Shown here piece after piece: positions 27,249-39,059 of a stretch of 64,000 nucleotides of DNA. This DNA comes from Dehalococcoidia bacterium (GTDB lineage: Bacteria > Chloroflexota > Dehalococcoidia > GIF9 > AB-539-J10). Made by a program: the position numbers and the translations under genes. Below the pieces are notes generated by a model that saw only the letters and a program-made list of their open reading frames with translations, was not told the DNA's origin and did no database searches. The stretch is taken from assembly GCA_030612025.1 (NCBI GenBank), contig JAUWOR010000010.1:7109-71108 (forward strand). Direction: 5' to 3'. Each line of letters opens with the position of its first letter. Within the stretch, counting starts at the first letter, position 1.

Positions 27249-27791
27249 TCAAGATTTGCGCTTCTTAAAATCTTCTAGATCAAGTGTATTTATGAAGTCT
27301 TTATACGCCGACAACCTCTTCAGTTCCTCCTCGCTGACCTTGCCTTTAGAAATAGGCTTACCTGTTTCCTCTTCAAGCGTAATGCCAGCTTTATCCAGTA
27401 CCGATTCTTCAGCATATATCGGCGCCCCAGTTCTTACCGCTAAGGCTAAAGCATCGCTAGGCCGAGAATCAATCTCGACCTCCGTGCCATCAACGCTAAG
27501 AAAAAGCTTGGCATAAAAGGTATCATTTTGAAGTTCATTAACCACAATAAAATTAACCGAAGCTCCTAAAGCACTAATGACAGATTGTAACAAATCGTGT
27601 GTCAGGGGGCGGGACAACTCGATATTCGCCAGTTTTACCGCAATAGCATCTGCCACGTCAGGACCAATCCAGATAGGCAAATACCGGTTAGCCATTTTCT
27701 CCTTCAAAATGACCACGCACTGATTCCTCATTGCCGTTGCCCGGAGTTGATTAATTTCCATCTCTATCATAGTAACACCCCCTTTAGCCAA
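27249..27791 (-). CDS. Bifunctional nuclease (BFN/DUF151) with C-terminal UVR motif
   Basis: DUF151 core IGPDVADAIAV...SRPSDALALAVRTGAPIY and C-terminal EELKRL...LEDF. Confidence 0.7.
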   Translation of the reverse strand: MAKGGVTMIEMEINQLRATAMRNQCVVILKEKMANRYLPIWIGPDVADAIAVKLANIELSRPLTHDLLQSVISALGASVNFIVVNELQNDTFYAKLFLSVDGTEVEIDSRPSDALALAVRTGAPIYAEESVLDKAGITLEEETGKPISKGKVSEEELKRLSAYKDFINTLDLEDFKKRKS

Positions 27792-27921
27792 GCTTTTATT
27801 TTACCCCTATAAATCCTACTGAATAAATAAACTTAAGTCAACTATTTTAGCCGATTTAGCCAAAATTGGCTCCTTTTCAATTACTACGATTTGGAATTGT
27901 TTAGAAACAACTATTACCTGT

Positions 27922-28008
27922 CATTCTGAGTCCTTCATTCCTTGTCATTCTGAGGGATTAGCCGAAGCCCTGAGCAGAGCGAAGGGACAGTGACCGAAGA
28001 ATCTCATA
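27922..28008. repeat. Family D-related palindromic repeat
   Basis: TGTCATTCTGAG...CGAAGCCCTGAGCAGAGCGAAGGGACAGTGACCGAAGAATCTC. Confidence 0.5.
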
Positions 28009-28101
28009 TCGCTCAGTGTAAGCATTTGTTTGACCCCACCCCACGTGATACAATTCAACCATCACGGCAAAGGGAGGCGTAGAAGCAAAACTAAGGCTTT
28101 G

Positions 28102-29115
28102 ATGGTTCACGAATTGGGCATACGGCAGCAAATGGAGGAGCGAGAGGAAAGCCTTTCCCCTTATGCCGCTAAGAGCAAATTCAGCCGGGGCAGGCTGAGA
28201 TGGGAGGAGCCATGTCCTATAAGAACTTGCTTTCAGCGCGATCGTGACCGTATCATCCACTCCAAAGCTTTTCGCCGCCTCAAGCATAAGACACAGGTCT
28301 TTATTGCCCCTTTAGGTGACCATTATGTCACCAGGCTTACTCATACCCTGGAGGTCTCCCAAATTGCCAGAACTATATCACGAGCCTCGAATCTTAACGA
28401 GGATTTAAGCGAAGCTATCGCCTTAGGACATGACTTGGGGCATACTCCTTTTGGTCATATAGGTGAAGAGGTTTTAAACGAACTTTACCCCGGTGGCTTC
28501 AGACATAATGAGCAAAGCTTGCGAGTAGTTGACCTATTGGAGAAAGATGGGCAGGGACTTAATCTTACCTGGGAAGTGCGAGACGGCATCCTTAAACATT
28601 CCAAAGGGGAAGCAGATATCTTAGGAGAAGAATGGGAAAATATGAGCACCCTAGAAGGTCAAGTATGCAAATTAGCAGATATCGTTGCTTATGTTAACCA
28701 CGATATTGGTGACGCTATAAGGGCTGGCATCATTAGCGAAAACGACTTGCCTGAGCAAGCAGTGAAAATCCTAGGCCATACACATTCCCAACGAATTAAT
28801 ACCCTGGTCTGCGATGTTGTGAACTGCTCTTGGGCAAAACCAATTATCTCTATGAGCCCGGAAGTCCTCAGGGCAACTAATAGCCTCCGCCAGTTCCTAT
28901 TTGAAAAAGTATATAATCCCAGCTTAGCCACCAAAGAAGCAGCCAAGGCAAAAAAAACACTGCACCTTCTCTACTCCTATTTCCTGAAACATGAAGATGA
29001 ATTACCCCCAGAATTTGCCTCCCTGGACGATACCGGGGAACGCAAAGTTGTCGATTACATTGCTGGAATGACTGACCAATATGCGCTACGATTAGCCGAG
29101 GAGATATTCAAATGA
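28102..29115 (+). CDS. dgt: dGTP triphosphohydrolase-like HD-domain protein
   Basis: HD motif [11 protein letters not shown]...[11 protein letters not shown]; ORF track start 28030 probably too long, ATG 28102 or 28133 likelier. Confidence 0.8.
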   Translation: MVHELGIRQQMEEREESLSPYAAKSKFSRGRLRWEEPCPIRTCFQRDRDRIIHSKAFRRLKHKTQVFIAPLGDHYVTRLTHTLEVSQIARTISRASNLNEDLSEAIALGHDLGHTPFGHIGEEVLNELYPGGFRHNEQSLRVVDLLEKDGQGLNLTWEVRDGILKHSKGEADILGEEWENMSTLEGQVCKLADIVAYVNHDIGDAIRAGIISENDLPEQAVKILGHTHSQRINTLVCDVVNCSWAKPIISMSPEVLRATNSLRQFLFEKVYNPSLATKEAAKAKKTLHLLYSYFLKHEDELPPEFASLDDTGERKVVDYIAGMTDQYALRLAEEIFK

Positions 29116-30965
29116 GCGTCATCAGCGAAGTAAAACAAAAAATGGACATTGTAGAAGTCATCTCTGATTACATTGCTTTACAAAAAGCAGGGCGTAATTT
29201 TAAAGCTTTATGTCCCTTTCACAGCGAGAAACACCCCTCCTTTTTTGTCTTCCCAGAACAACAGACCTGGCACTGCTTTGGCGCCTGTGGCACCGGAGGC
29301 GATGTCTTCTCCTTCCTCATGAAGAAGGAAGGAATTGATTTTGGTCAAGCTCTCCGCCTCTTAGCTCAAAGAGCAGGTATAACTCTAATTTCACCCGCGA
29401 TATCAAGAAGCGCTGAAGATAAAAAGAGGGAGAGATTATTCCAGATTAATGAGGCAACAGCTGAATACTACCACCACTTACTTTTAAATACTAAAGCCGG
29501 TGAGCCAGCTAGAGCTTATCTCAGCAAAAGAAAGATCACACCCGAAACTATGGAGAAATTCCGATTAGGTTTTAGCCCCGATAGTTGGGAAGCACTAAAG
29601 AAATTCTTAATGAGCAAAGGATATGAAGAAAGGGAACTATTTGAAGTTGGCTTGATAATAGAGAAGGAGGGGGGAGGTAATTATGATAGGTTTCGCAACC
29701 GATTGATGTTCCCCATATGTGATATTCAAGGCCGGGTCACTGGCTTTGGAGCAAGGGTATTAGATGAATCTTTACCTAAATACATTAACTCGCCTCAGAC
29801 ACCAATTTTTGATAAGAGCGGCAACCTTTACGGCATTGACCAGGCTAAGCTCGCTGCTAGACAAAAAAACTTGGTAATAATCGTCGAGGGTTATATGGAT
29901 GTCCTTAGAGCCCATCAACATGGCTGGCAAAATGTAGTTGCCTCAATGGGAACCTCCGTGACTGAAAAACAAGTAGCCATTGTTAAGAGGTCAAGCAAAA
30001 ATATAGCTCTATCTCTTGATGCCGATGCTGCCGGAGAGGAAGCTACTTTGCGAAGTGCCGAGGTATTAATTGATTCCCTAGAAAAAAAGGTAACGCCAAT
30101 CCCTACCTGGTCTGGATTAGTAAAATACGAAAATATTCTTAATGCTGAGATAAAGGTTATTCCTTTGCCTCAGGGCAAAGACCCCGATAAAGTGATAGAT
30201 GAGAGTCCCGACCTTTGGCAAAACCTAGTGGAACAAGCCCTACCTATGCTGGATTTTGCCTTTGAGACTATAATAAGTAAGATTGATTTCAATAAAGCCA
30301 AGGATAAGTCTCTAGCGATACAGAAATTGCTGCCCTTAGTTTATGAAATAAAAGACCCCGTACGGCAAGCTCACTATGTGCAAAAATTAGCCCGCCGACT
30401 AACCATTAGCGAATCTATACTGGCAGCCACTTTGAGAAAATCACCAGCCGCTAAGAAAAGACAACGATTAAGTGAGGCAATAGAACAATCTCGCTTCACT
30501 CAGCAACTCGTGTCCAACCCTGTTGAGGAATATTGTTTGGCCCTGCTCCTCCAGTATCCCGAGCTCCGCCAGCTAGCTCAAGAGCTGTCGGTGGAGCACT
30601 TCGAAAGCACCGAGAATCGCGAGATTTTCATCAAGTGGCAACGCACCGAAGATATTTCCAAGCTTAAAGAGAAACTTGACGCTAATCTATTAGAACACTT
30701 AAACTACTTAATGAATAAGCCAATTCTGGATGAAAATGACTGGGAGCGGCAACACGCTCTAGACGATTGCATTCTTAGTTTGCAAGAGAGATTCTCAAGA
30801 AGGTTGGAGGCTGGTAGAGAACTAATGTTTAATCTTACCCGGGAGAAAGAGGGCCTGAATGCCGAGCTAGCTAAACTGGATGAACAGGGAATAAGTTCCA
30901 GTGAGCAACTCAAGGAGATCTTCATTAAACGAGGGAAACCAGCGAGAACAAAAGAGGTTAGATGA
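29112..30965 (+). CDS. dnaG: DNA primase
   Basis: Zinc-binding [26 protein letters not shown], 617 aa; overlaps dgt stop and rpoD start. Confidence 0.9.
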   Translation: MSVISEVKQKMDIVEVISDYIALQKAGRNFKALCPFHSEKHPSFFVFPEQQTWHCFGACGTGGDVFSFLMKKEGIDFGQALRLLAQRAGITLISPAISRSAEDKKRERLFQINEATAEYYHHLLLNTKAGEPARAYLSKRKITPETMEKFRLGFSPDSWEALKKFLMSKGYEERELFEVGLIIEKEGGGNYDRFRNRLMFPICDIQGRVTGFGARVLDESLPKYINSPQTPIFDKSGNLYGIDQAKLAARQKNLVIIVEGYMDVLRAHQHGWQNVVASMGTSVTEKQVAIVKRSSKNIALSLDADAAGEEATLRSAEVLIDSLEKKVTPIPTWSGLVKYENILNAEIKVIPLPQGKDPDKVIDESPDLWQNLVEQALPMLDFAFETIISKIDFNKAKDKSLAIQKLLPLVYEIKDPVRQAHYVQKLARRLTISESILAATLRKSPAAKKRQRLSEAIEQSRFTQQLVSNPVEEYCLALLLQYPELRQLAQELSVEHFESTENREIFIKWQRTEDISKLKEKLDANLLEHLNYLMNKPILDENDWERQHALDDCILSLQERFSRRLEAGRELMFNLTREKEGLNAELAKLDEQGISSSEQLKEIFIKRGKPARTKEVR

Positions 30966-32425
30966 TGGATTTAATTAAAGGCAGAACTCCTGGCATAAAT
31001 GAGGATGAGGAATCACCTCCAGAAGAGACTCCCGCCGACGAGGGTGAAGCTGAGGTTAGTGGTGCCGCATTTGAGGAAGAGACTGCGGAGGAAGTGACCA
31101 CTAAAGAAGCTAAGCCACAAGTAATAGCGGCGGAGGAACAGGAGATAATTGATGACTTAGCTCGCATGTACCTTCGCGACATCGGCAGGGTGCCACTTCT
31201 CACAGCTGCTGAAGAGAAGGAACTATCCAGCAAAATAGAGCAAAGAAACCACTTGAGGAAAATTGAAGACGCACACTTCAAGAAGCACAGGAAATTTCCT
31301 TCAGCAGTTGACATAGTAGTTGATCTAATTTCTCAACTATCCCGGGCTTACCCTATCATGGAAGTCGTCAAAGAGCACTGTGGCATCGAGAACTCTTGTA
31401 GTCTAGCAGAGACAAGCACAAATCCTAAATTTCGCGCTGCTATCGATAATGAGCTAGCCTTAGAATTGGTAACAGCCATTGCCCAAAAGACAGGCAAAGA
31501 AACTGCCGCAGCAGAGGAAGCCATAATAAACCTTTCTTTGAACAGCCGCCTCTTGCCACCACAATCGTTGGTCCTTATTGGAGATAAAACTTCAGGGCAA
31601 GAGATAAAGGCTCTCCTAGCTAGCAACAAATTCCTCTCCCAGCTTCACTCCTATAACGAGCAGTTTAAAACCCACTTTGAAGAGGTAAGGGCTGAGGCAA
31701 AAAGGGCAGAAGAACACCTCACTGAGGCAAACCTGCGCCTGGTGGTTAGCATAGCCAGGAAATACATCGGACATGGTATGTCCCTCCTCGACCTTATCCA
31801 AGAGGGGAATATTGGCCTTATGCGAGCGGTAGACAAGTTTCGGCATAGAAAAGGTTACAAGTTCAGCACTTACGCCACTTGGTGGATCAGACAAGGCACC
31901 ACCCGATCCATAGCTGACCAATCTCGCACTATTCGCATCCCAGTGCATATGGTAGAAACAATCAATAAGTTACTGCGGACGATGCGACAGCTAACTCAGG
32001 AACTTGGGCGCGAACCAAGCTATAAAGAAATTGGCGACCAATTAAATATGACTCCCGAAAGGGTAGAGGAAATTATAGGCCTATTTCACCATGAGCCGAT
32101 ATCGCTGGAGACACCTATCGGCGCAGAGGAGAACAGTCGCCTGGGGGACTTTGTCGAAGACCGTACTAGCCTGGCGCCAATCGAAGCTGCTTCACAGCAG
32201 TTACTCAAAGAACAGATAGATAGGGTGCTTGATGAGCTTACCCCAAGGGAGAAAAGGGTGCTACAGCTCAGATTCGGCCTCAAGGATGGACATACCCGAA
32301 CCTTGGAAGAAGTGGGGCAAGAATTCAATGTAACTCGAGAGAGGATTCGCCAGATTGAAGCTAAAGCTTTGCGCAAGTTGCGCCACCCTAGCAAGAGTCG
32401 AAAACTCAGGGATTATTTAGAGTAA
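30962..32425 (+). CDS. rpoD: RNA polymerase sigma factor RpoD/SigA
   Basis: Regions 1.2-4 including [17 protein letters not shown] and [20 protein letters not shown]. Confidence 0.9.
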   Translation: MMDLIKGRTPGINEDEESPPEETPADEGEAEVSGAAFEEETAEEVTTKEAKPQVIAAEEQEIIDDLARMYLRDIGRVPLLTAAEEKELSSKIEQRNHLRKIEDAHFKKHRKFPSAVDIVVDLISQLSRAYPIMEVVKEHCGIENSCSLAETSTNPKFRAAIDNELALELVTAIAQKTGKETAAAEEAIINLSLNSRLLPPQSLVLIGDKTSGQEIKALLASNKFLSQLHSYNEQFKTHFEEVRAEAKRAEEHLTEANLRLVVSIARKYIGHGMSLLDLIQEGNIGLMRAVDKFRHRKGYKFSTYATWWIRQGTTRSIADQSRTIRIPVHMVETINKLLRTMRQLTQELGREPSYKEIGDQLNMTPERVEEIIGLFHHEPISLETPIGAEENSRLGDFVEDRTSLAPIEAASQQLLKEQIDRVLDELTPREKRVLQLRFGLKDGHTRTLEEVGQEFNVTRERIRQIEAKALRKLRHPSKSRKLRDYLE

Positions 32426-32467
32426 GCGCTACCAAATTGGTTAGCTCTTGTATCGGATAAATCGATT

Positions 32468-32944
32468 ATGGAACAGCTCTGGGCACCATGGCGAATACAA
32501 TATGTTACTAGGCCGAAGGAGACCGTCTGCATCCTGTGCCAAAAATCTAAAGAAAATAAGGACGAGACGAACTTCATCCTTCACCGCAGCCAAAATAACT
32601 TCATAATCTTGAATGCCTTCCCCTATAACCCGGGACACCTAATGATAGCCCCTTATCGCCATATAGCAAATCTGCAGGACTTATCAGATGCCGAGATAAC
32701 AGACCACTTCAATCTGGTGAAGAAAAGCTTGGCTCTTTTAAAAGAGATACTTAATCCCGATGGCTTCAACATAGGTTTAAACATAGGCAAGGTCGCTGGA
32801 GCTGGAATAGAAGAACATCTCCATACTCATATAGTGCCCCGATGGCAAGGTGATGTTAACTTTATGCCCGTATTGTCCAATACCAGGGTAATATCAGAGG
32901 GGTTAGCTGCCACTTATAAAAAGCTAAGGGTCGCTATTGAGTAA
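32468..32944 (+). CDS. HIT-family (histidine triad) hydrolase
   Basis: HLHTHIV histidine triad. Confidence 0.8.
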   Translation: MEQLWAPWRIQYVTRPKETVCILCQKSKENKDETNFILHRSQNNFIILNAFPYNPGHLMIAPYRHIANLQDLSDAEITDHFNLVKKSLALLKEILNPDGFNIGLNIGKVAGAGIEEHLHTHIVPRWQGDVNFMPVLSNTRVISEGLAATYKKLRVAIE

Positions 32945-32948
32945 ATTG

Positions 32949-33764
32949 CTACTCAGCTTGAGGATAAGAGCCTAGAACTTTGACAAAGGTGGTTACTTGT
33001 TCAAGCTCTTTTATAGCCTCTTGATAAACTTCACTATCTATGTGCCCTTCAAAATCGGTATAAAAAACATACTCCCACGGTTTGCTTTTACTTGGCCTGG
33101 ACTCTAATTTCGTCAGATTTATATTCCTAATGGCGAATATGCCCAAGACTTTATATAGGGCACCAGGCACATTTTCCGTGGCAACGACGAGAGAGGTCTT
33201 GTTTTTTAATGCTGGCTTAGTTTTCTCCCTTGAGATAGCAAAAAACCTGGTGTAATTATTAACATTAGTTTCAATTTCGGGTGCCAAGATCTCTAAAGCA
33301 TAAATATTAGCCGCTCTCTTACTAGCTATAGCAGCACATCCCTTCAGTTCTCTCTCCTTTATCATTTTGGCGCTGCCAGCAGTATCATAACTAGGCACAA
33401 CTTCGACCTTCAATTTGGTTAGAAATTCCTCACATTGAGCCAAAGCTTGGGGATGAGAGTAAATCGTTCTTATACTAGTCAGATTTTCCCCAGGCAAAGC
33501 CATTAGGCAGTGGCTTACTCTGAGAATGACCTCAGCAAATATATTAAGAGGATATGCTAGTAACAAATCATAGGTCTCAGCTAATGTACCAGCTTGAGAG
33601 TTCTCCACAGGGACTACGCCAAAATCAACGCTGACTTCCAACACAGCCTGGAAAACGTCTCGGAGGTGGATACAAGGCAAAAAATCGCTGCCCTCACCAA
33701 AAAGCTTCACCGCAGCATCCTCACTAAAAGCACCCCTTTCTCCTTGAAAAGCAACCTTAATCAT
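32949..33764 (-). CDS. pheA: Prephenate dehydratase
   Basis: PDT domain plus C-terminal ACT; 271 aa. Confidence 0.8.
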   Translation of the reverse strand: MIKVAFQGERGAFSEDAAVKLFGEGSDFLPCIHLRDVFQAVLEVSVDFGVVPVENSQAGTLAETYDLLLAYPLNIFAEVILRVSHCLMALPGENLTSIRTIYSHPQALAQCEEFLTKLKVEVVPSYDTAGSAKMIKERELKGCAAIASKRAANIYALEILAPEIETNVNNYTRFFAISREKTKPALKNKTSLVVATENVPGALYKVLGIFAIRNINLTKLESRPSKSKPWEYVFYTDFEGHIDSEVYQEAIKELEQVTTFVKVLGSYPQAE

Positions 33765-33810
33765 TGTTCCACTAAGTATAGCTTGGTTGTTTCCGCTTTT
33801 CCATTATAAA

Positions 33811-35232
33811 TTATCTTTGCCAGAAGCGGGGCAAAAATATCATCAAAACTGTAAATAGCTCCAACCTCCCCAACCACATGCAGATAATTAAAAGGATCTT
33901 CCCCGCCCCAGGAAGCCAAGCATAATTTAAAGCTGGACCCACCCCACCCAAGCCAGGTCCTACATTCCCTAAAGTAGCTGCCACCGCTGAGATTGATGTT
34001 TCTAAATCAAGCCCTAAGAAACCAAGCGTTATGGAAGCGACAACTGCCACAAGGAGGTAGAGAAAAAAGAAAGAGATTATATCTCGGATTATCCCCTCTG
34101 AGAGAGGTTTTTGGTTATATTTCACTGGAATCACAGCTTTGGGAGAAATAGCCTTCCTCATCATCACCCCGCTATGTTTCAGCAAGGTTAAAGTCCGCAC
34201 TACTTTTATCGCTCCCCCGGTAGAGCCACCACAGCCTCCAATGAACATCAAAGTTAGAAGCACCATTCTGGCACCAAAGTGCCAAGAGCCAAAATCGCAG
34301 GTGACAAAGCCGGTGGTAGTCATGATAGAGAGCGCCTGGAAAAGACTATACCGATATGAGCCAAGTCCTTGAGAGAGGATTAACAGTAGCGCAGCTACCA
34401 TCAAAAGAATTAAGTAAAGCCTGAATTCCTCATTTTTAAATATTTTGAAGTTTCCTTTTAAAGCTTGATAATGAATTATGAAATTTGTGCCAGCTAGGAA
34501 CATAAAGACCATGATGATATATTCAGCTAAGGGGTTAGCGTAAGCTCCAATGCTTCCAGTAGTGGGGGTAAATCCACCAGTAGGGAGAGTGCAGAGAGAG
34601 ACACAAATTGAGTCAAAGAGGTGAAGCTTAGCCAGGAAATAGAGTAGCGCTATCTCAGCAGCGGTGAAAGCCACATAAATTCCCCAAAAAATCCTTGCCG
34701 TGGTTTTAATTCTGGGACGAAGTCTTTCAGGCAAAGGACCGGGAAATTCTCGTTCAAAGAGCTGAGAGCCTCCTACTCCTAGTCTGGGTAAAATGGCAAT
34801 AAAAAGAGCTATTACCCCCATCCCACCCAACCATTGAGTAAGGCTACGCCATAAGAGCATACTTCTAGGTAGTTCTTCTAGCCTCTCCAGTATGGTAGCA
34901 CCGGTGGTAGTAAAGCCTGACATGGCTTCAAAAAAGGCATTGAGGAAATCCCATCCCAGAAAGATATAAGGGGCGGCGCCAAGGAGCGGCATAAGAAGCC
35001 AGGTGAAAGCCACTATGGTAAAACCATCGGCACGCTCTATTTCCTTGTCGGTTTTAAGTCCAAATTCAAGAAATAGCCCGATAGCTAAAGTAAGCGATAG
35101 CGAATATAAAAAAATCCGCCAATCCTCGCCATAATAAACAGCGACTAATAAGGGAAAAACCTGGATTAAAGCGAGGTATTTTAGAAATGAACCAAGGATA
35201 TGGAGGGTTAACTTTATCCTTTGGTGAACCAT
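33811..35232 (-). CDS. trkH: TrkH/KtrB-family potassium transporter membrane subunit
   Basis: 473 aa polytopic, repeated pore-loop GG(S/T)G segments. Confidence 0.8.
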   Translation of the reverse strand: MVHQRIKLTLHILGSFLKYLALIQVFPLLVAVYYGEDWRIFLYSLSLTLAIGLFLEFGLKTDKEIERADGFTIVAFTWLLMPLLGAAPYIFLGWDFLNAFFEAMSGFTTTGATILERLEELPRSMLLWRSLTQWLGGMGVIALFIAILPRLGVGGSQLFEREFPGPLPERLRPRIKTTARIFWGIYVAFTAAEIALLYFLAKLHLFDSICVSLCTLPTGGFTPTTGSIGAYANPLAEYIIMVFMFLAGTNFIIHYQALKGNFKIFKNEEFRLYLILLMVAALLLILSQGLGSYRYSLFQALSIMTTTGFVTCDFGSWHFGARMVLLTLMFIGGCGGSTGGAIKVVRTLTLLKHSGVMMRKAISPKAVIPVKYNQKPLSEGIIRDIISFFFLYLLVAVVASITLGFLGLDLETSISAVAATLGNVGPGLGGVGPALNYAWLPGAGKILLIICMWLGRLELFTVLMIFLPRFWQR

Positions 35233-35870
35233 CTATTCATAAAATCGATTCCCTTTTTGGTAGACTTCCAATCTACAATGAGAGTCAGCCAATCTTTGGG
35301 CTCCATCTTAGTATCTTCATTCAAATATTTTCCCGCTCGCTCCAGCACAAGTATTTTCATACCATTTGGAGTTCCTATTTCGGAGGCTTTCTTGCCCACA
35401 CACTTCATGCCTTCCTCAACCTCTATTTCGAAGATCTCTGCCCTTTCAAAAGAGAGGAATTCCTTCACATAGGGCTGCAAAATCGTGCGATAAATATGCT
35501 TGGCTACCACAGCATGGGGCTTAACCTGGAAGCCAATCCCAGCTTGCTTAAAAGTTTCTACATGCACTGCGTCATTCACTAGAGAAATCACTTTCCTTGC
35601 TCCCATTTCTTTGGCTAACATACAAATCATTAAATTATCTGAGTCATCATTAGTTAAGGCAACCAAAGCGTCTGCTCTCTTGACCCCCGCCTCCTCCAGA
35701 ACTGACTTGTTAGTAGCATCCCCGGTTATCACCATCACGTCAGAGGATGTTGCCATTTCAGTGCACCTTGCCTCATCTGAGTCTACAATCACCACCTCAT
35801 TCCCTTCTTTAACAAGAAGCTCAGCAAGGCTTTTCCCTATGCCGCTTAAGCCGGCTATTATAAGATACAT
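35214..35870 (-). CDS. trkA: TrkA/KtrA potassium uptake NAD-binding subunit
   Basis: GxGxxG IAGLSGIGKSLA; start ATG 35870 with GGAGGT RBS (ORF track start 35954 too long). Confidence 0.8.
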   Translation of the reverse strand: MYLIIAGLSGIGKSLAELLVKEGNEVVIVDSDEARCTEMATSSDVMVITGDATNKSVLEEAGVKRADALVALTNDDSDNLMICMLAKEMGARKVISLVNDAVHVETFKQAGIGFQVKPHAVVAKHIYRTILQPYVKEFLSFERAEIFEIEVEEGMKCVGKKASEIGTPNGMKILVLERAGKYLNEDTKMEPKDWLTLIVDWKSTKKGIDFMNRWFTKG

Positions 35871-36020
35871 TTTGTTACCTCCGTCACAAAATTTTGGCTC
35901 ATCCCTTCGAAAGATGAGCTTTAGCTCGAGGACGGCGAGCAAATTTATCGCCAAGTTTGGAATGCCAATTCGTATCCAAAATTAAGCCATCCCATAATTA
36001 ATTTCACTTGCTGGGCGATT

Positions 36021-36809
36021 TTAATTCCTCCCACAATTGTTGTCAACTATTGACTCTTTCCTTAGCTCCCGTAGCCAAGCCATCGATTTAACTTCTCGCT
36101 GCAAAAGATATTTTATATACCCCGGCATCACTTGTTCTAACTCTGTCCTCAACTCTGATCTTACTTTCACCCGCCTTGCCGTGGCATAATCAAAACTTTG
36201 CCACAAACGAAGAATTTTCAAAGCACCAACCGATAGAGGACGTGAATCAGGCTCTTTCTGCCCACAATAGGAACACAGAATGCCACCTTGGCTAGAACTG
36301 AAAAAGTTAACCACCGGTTTGATAGGTGAATTACAACCAACGCATCGGTGCAACTGAGGACGATAGCCAAGATAATCAAGAAGATGAAGTTCAAAATAAC
36401 GTAACACAGTTTCACTATTGTCTCCTTGACACAGTCGATGTAAGGTATCAAGTAGTAAATCAAACAAGGGATGATTCTCGTTATTCTCTACAGTAAAGGA
36501 ATCAATGAGCTCTAAGACGTAAAGGCCGCAAGCCATGCGCCATAAATCACTTTTCAAAACTAGAAGCCCATCAATGGTTTGGCTTTGGGTAACGATGTCT
36601 AGGTTACGTCCCCGGGCTAACATCAGCAAGCTGTGAGTCAAAGGTTCCACATTGCCACCCAACTTGCTTCCCGGGCGGCAACCCCCCTTAGCTACCGCCT
36701 TCAGCTTGCCAAATTCGGGGGTATAAATAGTAAGAATTTTATCAACTTCACCAAGCTTGGTTTGTTTGATAATGATAGCTTGAGTTTGATAACTTCGAGG
36801 TGCTCCCAT
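36021..36809 (-). CDS. recO: DNA repair protein RecO
   Basis: OB-fold N-terminus and C4 zinc motif CVGCNS...CSYCG. Confidence 0.85.
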   Translation of the reverse strand: MGAPRSYQTQAIIIKQTKLGEVDKILTIYTPEFGKLKAVAKGGCRPGSKLGGNVEPLTHSLLMLARGRNLDIVTQSQTIDGLLVLKSDLWRMACGLYVLELIDSFTVENNENHPLFDLLLDTLHRLCQGDNSETVLRYFELHLLDYLGYRPQLHRCVGCNSPIKPVVNFFSSSQGGILCSYCGQKEPDSRPLSVGALKILRLWQSFDYATARRVKVRSELRTELEQVMPGYIKYLLQREVKSMAWLRELRKESIVDNNCGRN

Positions 36810-36819
36810 CCATACCCTT

Positions 36820-37419
36820 TTAGAATTCCTGTCTGTCTTCCAGAGCTTGACTCAGGGTCATGTCATCAGCGTATTCTAGGTCAGCACCAAATGGCAAGCC
36901 ACGAGCTAAACGGGTAATGCGAATGCCTAAAGGCAGGATCATGCGCCGAAGATACATAGCAGTGGTTTCACCCTCTAGATTAGGATTGGTTGCCAAGATC
37001 ACTTCAGTTACCGAACCATCCTGAAGACGGGATAAAAACTCTTTTGCCTTTAGCTCCCCAGGCCCTATTCCCTGCGCTGGGCTAATGGGCCCATGGAGCA
37101 CGTGGTAAACACCATTATACTTCCCAGTTCGCTCCAAAGGAGGAATATCTGAAGGTCTCTCAACAACACAAATTTTAGAATGGTCACGCTCTCTATCCTG
37201 GCAAATGCGGCAAGGGTCACAATCAGTGATATTAAAACAAACTGAACACAGCCTTGTCTTTTCCTTCAGAGCCAAAATAGCTTCAGCTAAAGCTTTGGCT
37301 TCTTCCCCTGGCCGGCCCAATAAATAATAAGTTAATCTCTGTGCACTCTTGGGCCCAATCCCAGGTAGTTTATTAAATGCCTCAACTAATTTAGCTACAG
37401 GCTCAGCAGTGGTTACCAT
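36820..37419 (-). CDS. recR: Recombination protein RecR
   Basis: HhH, C4 zinc finger CSVCFNITDCDPCRIC, Toprim. Confidence 0.9.
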   Translation of the reverse strand: MVTTAEPVAKLVEAFNKLPGIGPKSAQRLTYYLLGRPGEEAKALAEAILALKEKTRLCSVCFNITDCDPCRICQDRERDHSKICVVERPSDIPPLERTGKYNGVYHVLHGPISPAQGIGPGELKAKEFLSRLQDGSVTEVILATNPNLEGETTAMYLRRMILPLGIRITRLARGLPFGADLEYADDMTLSQALEDRQEF

Positions 37420-37421
37420 TT

Positions 37422-39005
37422 TTATTTCTCTCTTATTTCAGCTCCCATTTCCAGCGCAGCCTTAATCAAAGGATTTTGCTCCTTCTCTTGAGGTGGGATT
37501 TTCCTTTTGTAGTCAACTAAGATACACTTCAGCTTGTAAGGCTGACCAAAAACCTCTTTAAGCTTTCTCTCCACCAGATGTTGATATTTGGGGTCTTCGA
37601 TCTTCTCTTTATGGAAAGAATAGTAAAACCCTAATACTAAAGTATCATCCTCCAGAGCTACTGGCTCACAGGCACTACGCAAAAAGGCATCCAAATTGCC
37701 GCTGGAGCCCTCCCCCCGCAAAGACTGAATGAATTCCTTCCACCGACTACGCAAGTAGTAAATATCTTGAGAAACCTCTGTGCTTGCCCCGTGAGATAGT
37801 GAATATCTCACGGGGCATGAAGTCTCAATATTGTTTGCCGCTACAGGAATTTCAGCTTCTTGAGTGGGCTGGATTGACTCCCGAGACGTCTCTGGAAGTT
37901 CCGTCATTGTTGACTCATCTCGTCCAGTCACCAGAGATAAGGCACAGTCCATTAAAGCTAACTCTAAAGGCAAAGTGGAATAATTATCACTGCGAAAATC
38001 TACACTGGAGAAAAGTTTGACCGCCTTGAGTAGATATTCAAAAGTGGCCTTAGCCGCAAGCCCATTCATCTCAGCTAAATCTTCCGCAGTAACATCCAAA
38101 GCCTCATTACATTGGGACTTAGCCAGCAACAACCCTCGGAGATATTCCACTAGCCCCAGATTAAACTGGCGAAGGTCAACGCCATCGCTATTGACGCTAT
38201 TTATAACTTGAAGACCAGCAGAAACATCCTTATTGACAATATGCTTTGCCAGTTGCCTAACCCGAGGGTCACTGCTGACACCAAGCGCTGTCTGAACTTG
38301 TTCCAAATCAATTTGATTGCCATGGTAAGCAATGAGCTGCTGCAATATATTTTCCGCGTCTCGGAGACTTCCTGTAGCTGCCCGAGCAATAAGCTTTAGA
38401 GATTCCAATCTAACATGAATATTCTCTTTTTGACATATTAACTCCAGCTTACCGATTATCGCTGTTTGGGACAGGCGACGAAAGTTAAATCGCTGACACC
38501 TCGACATAATAGTAGGTATCACCTTGTGAGGTTCTGTAGTAGCCAGGACGAAAATGACGTAAGGAGGTGGTTCCTCTAAAGTCTTAAGCAAGGCATTGGA
38601 AGCCGCCTCAGTAAGCATATGGACTTCATCTATAATATATACCTTATAGCGAGCACGGCTGGGGGCATAGTTAACCTTTTCCCTGAGGCTGCGAACTTCA
38701 TCGATACCACGATTACTGGCAGCATCTATCTCTATTACGTCTAAAGATTTGCCTTCAGTGATTGAGCGACATATATCACAAGTATTACATGGTTCACCAT
38801 CTACCTGATTAAGGCAGTTAACCGCTTTAGCTAGGATACGCCCGCTGCTAGTCTTCCCCGTGCCTCGAGGACCACAAAAAAGATAAGCATGAGCTACTTT
38901 CCCATTCTCCACAGCATGGCGTAAAGTCTGAGTCACCGGCTCCTGCCCCACCACCTCAGCTAAGGTTTGCGGACGCCACTTACGATAAAAAACCTCCGAG
39001 CCCAT
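37422..39005 (-). CDS. dnaX: DNA polymerase III subunit gamma/tau
   Basis: Walker A CGPRGTGKTS, zinc module, SRC motif; 527 aa. Confidence 0.9.
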   Translation of the reverse strand: MGSEVFYRKWRPQTLAEVVGQEPVTQTLRHAVENGKVAHAYLFCGPRGTGKTSSGRILAKAVNCLNQVDGEPCNTCDICRSITEGKSLDVIEIDAASNRGIDEVRSLREKVNYAPSRARYKVYIIDEVHMLTEAASNALLKTLEEPPPYVIFVLATTEPHKVIPTIMSRCQRFNFRRLSQTAIIGKLELICQKENIHVRLESLKLIARAATGSLRDAENILQQLIAYHGNQIDLEQVQTALGVSSDPRVRQLAKHIVNKDVSAGLQVINSVNSDGVDLRQFNLGLVEYLRGLLLAKSQCNEALDVTAEDLAEMNGLAAKATFEYLLKAVKLFSSVDFRSDNYSTLPLELALMDCALSLVTGRDESTMTELPETSRESIQPTQEAEIPVAANNIETSCPVRYSLSHGASTEVSQDIYYLRSRWKEFIQSLRGEGSSGNLDAFLRSACEPVALEDDTLVLGFYYSFHKEKIEDPKYQHLVERKLKEVFGQPYKLKCILVDYKRKIPPQEKEQNPLIKAALEMGAEIREK

Positions 39006-39059
39006 ATGCTAACCTTATTATACTCCTCACGGCCTAATGAAGGAAGATTTTTACCAAAA

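Noticed and set aside
28030-28101. Extended N-terminus of the dgt ORF ([24 protein letters not shown])
   Set aside because: Homology to dGTPases begins near [19 protein letters not shown], and the upstream extension overlaps a family D repeat. An internal ATG (28102 or 28133) is the likelier start.
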